Below are positions 60,372 through 64,000 of a stretch of 64,000 nucleotides of DNA, in pieces. This DNA is from Candidatus Uhrbacteria bacterium (lineage in GTDB: Bacteria > Patescibacteriota > Patescibacteriia > UBA9934 > GWF2-40-263). Within the stretch, counting starts at the first letter, position 1, and each line of letters starts with the position of its first letter. The DNA lies in contig JAPLZK010000001.1 in NCBI GenBank assembly GCA_026395055.1, positions 17,527-81,526 on the forward strand, written 5' to 3'. The translations under genes were made by a program, and so were the position numbers. The notes beneath the pieces are model-generated. The model saw only the letters and a program-made list of their open reading frames with translations, ran no database searches and was not told the origin of the DNA.

Positions 60372-60486
60372 TTGAGGTACAGATTACAGATATGGTTGAT
60401 ATACAGATAAAACAAATGGCCGATAATCTGGGCTTATTTCTAGAATCTGTATATCCGTATGCCGCCATCTGTAATCTGTACCTCAA
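60372..60486. repeat. 115-nt palindrome with ACAGATT-type internal repeats
   Basis: Perfect 20-bp arms TTGAGGTACAGATTACAGAT / ATCTGTAATCTGTACCTCAA; inner GATATACAGAT / ATCTGTATATC. Confidence 0.8.
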
Positions 60487-60581
60487 GTATTTTATACTGT
60501 CAAAATTTTACAACGGAATTTGATTCTTGTCAAGCTTATACTAAATTTAGCCAAATTATTTATTAAATCCGTTTGGATCCA

Positions 60582-60610
60582 TTGACAAAAAGGCAAAAAT
60601 CGGGTATACT
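60582..60610 (+). promoter_or_regulatory. Near-consensus sigma70 promoter of the small-ORF array
   Basis: TTGACA-17-TATACT. Confidence 0.75.
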
Positions 60611-60718
60611 GATGTTATCAAGAATGAGAGAGCGATCAAAGAGATTGCGACTCGCTTGAGGAGAGAGTTCATTCGAAACAACAAGTCCTGACGCAAAGCG
60701 ATCAGGCAAGGAGTTACT

Positions 60719-61144
60719 ATGGTTCGCATGATCACGATTCTGAACTTCGAAAACCTTGGGGATGTCACCGAGAAGCTGGCGCAGTGGTTGAATGGCTTGT
60801 CTCCAACTTCTTCGAAGCAGGCACTGTTACTGAAGGATGAAAAGAATTCCTGCACGGTTTTCATTGATGGACAGTATTTCAAGTGTCCCGAGCTTATCGG
60901 CTTCGAAAGCCGTGGTGGTTACAATGACGGCTGGGTCCAAGTTTGGATGTTCAAAAGCGAAATGGATAGTCGACAGCCCAGCATGTCAGATCTCTACTAC
61001 GAGTATGGGAATCGTGATTGGGAGGCTGTCGAGCTTGATTACCTCGATGAGCTCGATGTGGAAGGCGACGAAAACGTCCAAATGGAGCGTTGGCAGAATG
61101 AGGATCCGCAAGGATTCCATGAGTGGTTCAATCCCAACGAATAA
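60719..61144 (+). CDS. Hypothetical acidic protein (array ORF1)
   Basis: AAGGAG SD; D/E-rich C-terminal half. Confidence 0.75.
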   Translation: MVRMITILNFENLGDVTEKLAQWLNGLSPTSSKQALLLKDEKNSCTVFIDGQYFKCPELIGFESRGGYNDGWVQVWMFKSEMDSRQPSMSDLYYEYGNRDWEAVELDYLDELDVEGDENVQMERWQNEDPQGFHEWFNPNE

Positions 61145-61147
61145 AAT

Positions 61148-61300
61148 CTAACCCATCGCTCGGATTTGATCACACGACACTTCGTGATCTCCGAGTTGAT
61201 GGGTTCCCTTCTTGGATGATCAACATGGGTTGGTCGAACGAGAGTGGAGTGAATCGAAACAATAATGGCGGTTTGAGGATTGCCAAAAGGAACTACGATG
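61148..61300 (+). repeat. 153-nt structured intergenic repeat, copy A
   Basis: Aligns without gaps to 61565-61717; three hairpins; ends in SD+ATG. Confidence 0.92.
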
Positions 61301-61543
61301 CGAAACGAAAATAAGGTCTGCGGAAACGACTGTCAAATCAGCGAACCGCACAAGGCACTTGAGGCATTTGAACGTGTGTGCGTTTGCGAAAAGCACGGTG
61401 CGTTTAAACGCGTCTATGAGCCCAATGGAATTTATCGGGGCTCATACGGTTGGAAAAAAATGTCCGACGAAAATCTTCAGATGTTTCTGGAGAGTAGTCG
61501 GCATGTTGAAGCATATTATGGGAAGTGTGTTTCTCGAGGTTGA
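61298..61543 (+). CDS. Hypothetical Cys/His protein (array ORF2)
   Basis: AAAGGA SD; CGNDC..H...CVCEKHG. Confidence 0.7.
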   Translation: MRNENKVCGNDCQISEPHKALEAFERVCVCEKHGAFKRVYEPNGIYRGSYGWKKMSDENLQMFLESSRHVEAYYGKCVSRG

Positions 61544-61564
61544 TCTTGTAAGACACCTCAAGTC

Positions 61565-61717
61565 CTAACCCATCGCTCGGATTTGATCACACGACACTTC
61601 GTGATCTCCGAGCTGATGGGTTCCCCTTTTGCATGATCAACGTGTGTTGGTCAGGTGAACGTGGAACAAGTAGAAACAACAGTGGCGATCTAACGATTGC
61701 CAAAAGGAGTCAATATG
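61565..61717 (+). repeat. 153-nt structured intergenic repeat, copy B
   Basis: First 61 nt match copy A at 60 positions; last 92 nt at about 65 (hand count). Confidence 0.92.
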
Positions 61718-62260
61718 GCCAGCAAGCGTGGATTGCGAATTCGTGCGGCAAAAATTGCGGCGAGAGAAAAAGGGATGGTGATTGTGTTGAGGCCGAAATG
61801 GCGGGAGGACACAGAACCGTTCTGCAAGTGTGAACATCGAAACTGCCTTTGTTCCGATGGTGGTTGTGCTGTGTGCGACACCAAAATAAAGGTTGGTGAA
61901 TTCAGCTACTCGAACTACGATTCCAAAGAGGTTCGAAGGCAGAACGTGGCTGCGATGATTCCTTCTTACAATTGTTAAGGTTCTGAATTCGAAGTTTTCG
62001 TTTTGTATCACGAAGAGTTCGACGACGGAGCTGGCATGAAGTATTGCGAGGCGATTCTTGTTTGCAAGACGTGTGGAAGCACGTATCTGCAGAACGAACA
62101 CACGCCCTATGCAGGATCACGAAAGTCATGTCAGGAAATTTCTTCTGAAGAAGCTGAGGGTTTTCTTCGTGGAAAACACAAAGCCGAACAAGATGAGATA
62201 CGAGAACAAGAGAAACGAAATCGTTTATTCGAAATGAGAATCAATTCAGTCTTTCAGTGA
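61715..62260 (+). pseudogene. Cys-rich ORF interrupted by one in-frame TAA (array ORF3/4)
   Basis: 61715-61978 and 62003-62260 share a frame: ...SYNC*GSEFEVF...CKTCGS. Confidence 0.55.
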
Positions 62261-62305
62261 GTCTGAAACTCGGATGATGTCACTTTATGACATCTTCTAA
62301 ACAAA

Positions 62306-62341
62306 CGGCGCGCACAGAATCAAATCTGTGCGCGCTATTTT
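62306..62341. terminator. Intrinsic terminator closing the array
   Basis: GCGCGCACAGA..TCTGTGCGCGC followed by TATTTT. Confidence 0.75.
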
Positions 62342-62347
62342 ATAACG

Positions 62348-62581
62348 TCACTCGCGAGTGACGTTATTTATTTCCACCTGTTTTATTCGTGTCGTCTTCC
62401 CTCTCACAATCTCGATGCGAGACTTTGCAATGTCGAGATCGTTGGACAACACTTCAATCACCGCATCATTTGCCTTCCCCTTCTCCGCAATTGCCGTTAC
62501 GGATATCTTCACGGTCTCTTCATCGATCCATTCGATCTTGTTTTGTCGCGATCGAGGTTTTACGTGGACGGTGATAATCAT
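62348..62581 (-). CDS. DUF167 (YggU) family protein
   Basis: VHVKPRS, GKAN.AVI, IVRGKTTRIK. Confidence 0.9.
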   Translation of the reverse strand: MIITVHVKPRSRQNKIEWIDEETVKISVTAIAEKGKANDAVIEVLSNDLDIAKSRIEIVRGKTTRIKQVEINNVTRE

Positions 62582-62668
62582 AAATTCGAATATCGAATAA
62601 CGAAATCCGAAAACTCAAGCCTTTTTTGTTTATAGTTTTCGAATTTCGTTATTCGATATTCGAATTTA
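62581..62668. repeat. Heptamer-period palindrome, copy 2
   Basis: 35-bp arms TAAATTCGAATATCGAATAACGAAAT(C/T)CGAAAACT with one mismatch. Confidence 0.8.
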
Positions 62669-62672
62669 TTTT

Positions 62673-63506
62673 TTATCCTCTCCACTTCTTCAACAACTTC
62701 ACTTCCCCTGCACGCTTCTCATCCATTGGCGTTTCAAGAAGCAAATCAAGATGCTGTAACTTTGGATGTTGCACAAACAACTTGATCGCGTCTTTGCCAA
62801 TGAGTCCATCGCCGATCGACTCGTGTCGATCTTTGTGTGAGCCCAATTCGACCTTTGAGTCGTTCAAGTGTGATGCAACTAATTTCTTCAACCCCACAAT
62901 CTTGTCGAATTTTTTTATCATTGTGTCGAGAAGCTCCGGTGTACGAAAATCGTATCCGCTTCCGAATGCATGTTGTGTGTCAAAACAAATACCAATTTCT
63001 TTTCCACGTTCTGCGCCGTCGAGAAAAGCCGCAAGTTCTTCGAATGAGTCGCCCATTACCGCTCCTGCACCCGCCGAGATTTCGATAAGCAATTGGCACG
63101 AACCTTTGTATCCATGCATGATTTTATTAAGCCCTTCGATCACAAGTTTCACTCCCGCCTCTTCTCCAACTTCTTTCGCCGACCCCGGATGAAACATCAT
63201 CCCCTTTACACCGAGCAAACTTCCACGCTCGAGTTCTTCACGCAAAATGCGAATCGAGTTTCCGCGAGTAGACGCTTTCTCGGACGCAAGGTTTGTGATG
63301 TATGGGCCGTGAATGTAACAGCTTTTGATTTTGTGTTCGATCATCGCATCTCGAAACATCTTTTGATCTTCCTCTGTAATATTTCGAACGTTCCCGCCTT
63401 GTGGCGGACGCGAAAAGAACTGGAAGGTTTCGCACCCAATTTCTCCCGCATTTTTGGGTCCATTGAATAATCCACCTGCTGCTGAAACGTGGGCACCGAC
63501 ATGCAT
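62673..63506 (-). CDS. nfo: Endonuclease IV
   Basis: VGAHVSAAGG, HGPYITNLAS, HPGS, CFDTQH, HLNDSK, DRHE, LETP. Confidence 0.95.
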   Translation of the reverse strand: MHVGAHVSAAGGLFNGPKNAGEIGCETFQFFSRPPQGGNVRNITEEDQKMFRDAMIEHKIKSCYIHGPYITNLASEKASTRGNSIRILREELERGSLLGVKGMMFHPGSAKEVGEEAGVKLVIEGLNKIMHGYKGSCQLLIEISAGAGAVMGDSFEELAAFLDGAERGKEIGICFDTQHAFGSGYDFRTPELLDTMIKKFDKIVGLKKLVASHLNDSKVELGSHKDRHESIGDGLIGKDAIKLFVQHPKLQHLDLLLETPMDEKRAGEVKLLKKWRG

Positions 63507-63520
63507 ATTGAAAATGATAT

Positions 63521-63544
63521 GTAGGGACAGGTCGCGACCTGTCC
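63521..63544 (+). repeat. GTAG-type REP element
   Basis: GTAG tetranucleotide followed by palindrome GGACAGGTCGCGACCTGTCC. Confidence 0.7.
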
Positions 63545-63630
63545 GACTATTAACAATAGAAGTATACGCAGAAATCCAGAAAAGAAAAAACCGCATCGCA
63601 AATGCGAGACGGTTGAGGTGCGGTCATGGT

Positions 63631-64000
63631 TTATGAATCACAGAGATTCGGAATGTTGTTTCTTGAGAGTGTGATGACGAGTGATTCTTCTGGTTGCACT
63701 TCATTTGATGAGAGAAGGCGAAACAAACCTTGTTCCGACGCTGCTTCACAGATGAGAGCGTTGTGTGTTGTAACAATGAACTGAACGCGCGGAAAATGTT
63801 TACACAACTGCGGTCCGAGTTTGGACACGATCGACGGGTGAAGCGCGAGCTCCGGTTCGTCGATGAGGACAACTCCAGGAACATCTACGATCGGATATCC
63901 GTTTGGAGATGTGATGGATGCTTTCGCGTCTCGCAGTAGCCACGACGTGAGTGAAGCCAAAAGGGCAACCGTGCGTTGCGTCGCTTTTGATTCCATATAA
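63631..64000 (-). CDS. ABC/AAA_21-type ATPase, C-terminal part (probably continues beyond the window)
   Basis: VLIDEPELALHP and QFIVTTHN; frame is open to the window edge. Confidence 0.8.
   Translation of the reverse strand, partial: YMESKATQRTVALLASLTSWLLRDAKASITSPNGYPIVDVPGVVLIDEPELALHPSIVSKLGPQLCKHFPRVQFIVTTHNALICEAASEQGLFRLLSSNEVQPEESLVITLSRNNIPNLCDS

Noticed and set aside
61148-61717. CRISPR array or DGR template/variable repeat pair
   Set aside because: Only two long copies separated by a full ORF; no cas or reverse transcriptase gene; mismatches are not adenine-specific.
60582-62341. Canonical integron or prophage
   Set aside because: No IntI or phage structural gene in the window and the repeat lacks GTTRRRY; kept only as an attC-like hypothesis.
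1-64000. Alternative genetic code (TGA=Gly, as in Gracilibacteria/Absconditabacteria)
   Set aside because: Conserved genes are full length under code 11 and TGA ends several at expected positions (rnpA, nadR, DUF167).

Overview
Origin-spanning 64-kb window of a small-genome bacterium, most likely Patescibacteria/CPR (Parcubacteria-like). This is inferred from the solute-binding protein plus VirB2/TrbC-type pilin array, SD-less housekeeping genes and typical hypothetical families; the standard genetic code fits. Core content: dnaN-oriC-dnaA / rpmH-rnpA-yidD, ruvB, nfo, galU, PBP1A and other cell-wall genes, wzx plus an O-antigen ligase-like gene, an iscS-nifU Fe-S operon, pnuC-nadR, a flavinylation (ApbE) operon, mgtA, an alternative sigma factor and four tRNAs (Gly-GCC, Leu-TAA, Ser-CGA, Cys-GCA). 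The most unusual signals are non-coding. (1) At 60.6-62.3 kb a near-consensus promoter drives unrelated small ORFs, two of which are preceded by the same 153-nt ungapped structured repeat with partly attC-like geometry. (2) A ~130-nt palindromic element occupies the 5' leader of two different tRNAs in the same orientation. (3) Several palindromic/short-period repeat families occur, some inserted in frame in genes. (4) A hairpin+AAGGAG start signal marks accessory genes while core genes lack SD sequences. All calls come from reading the sequence by eye; no searches were run.
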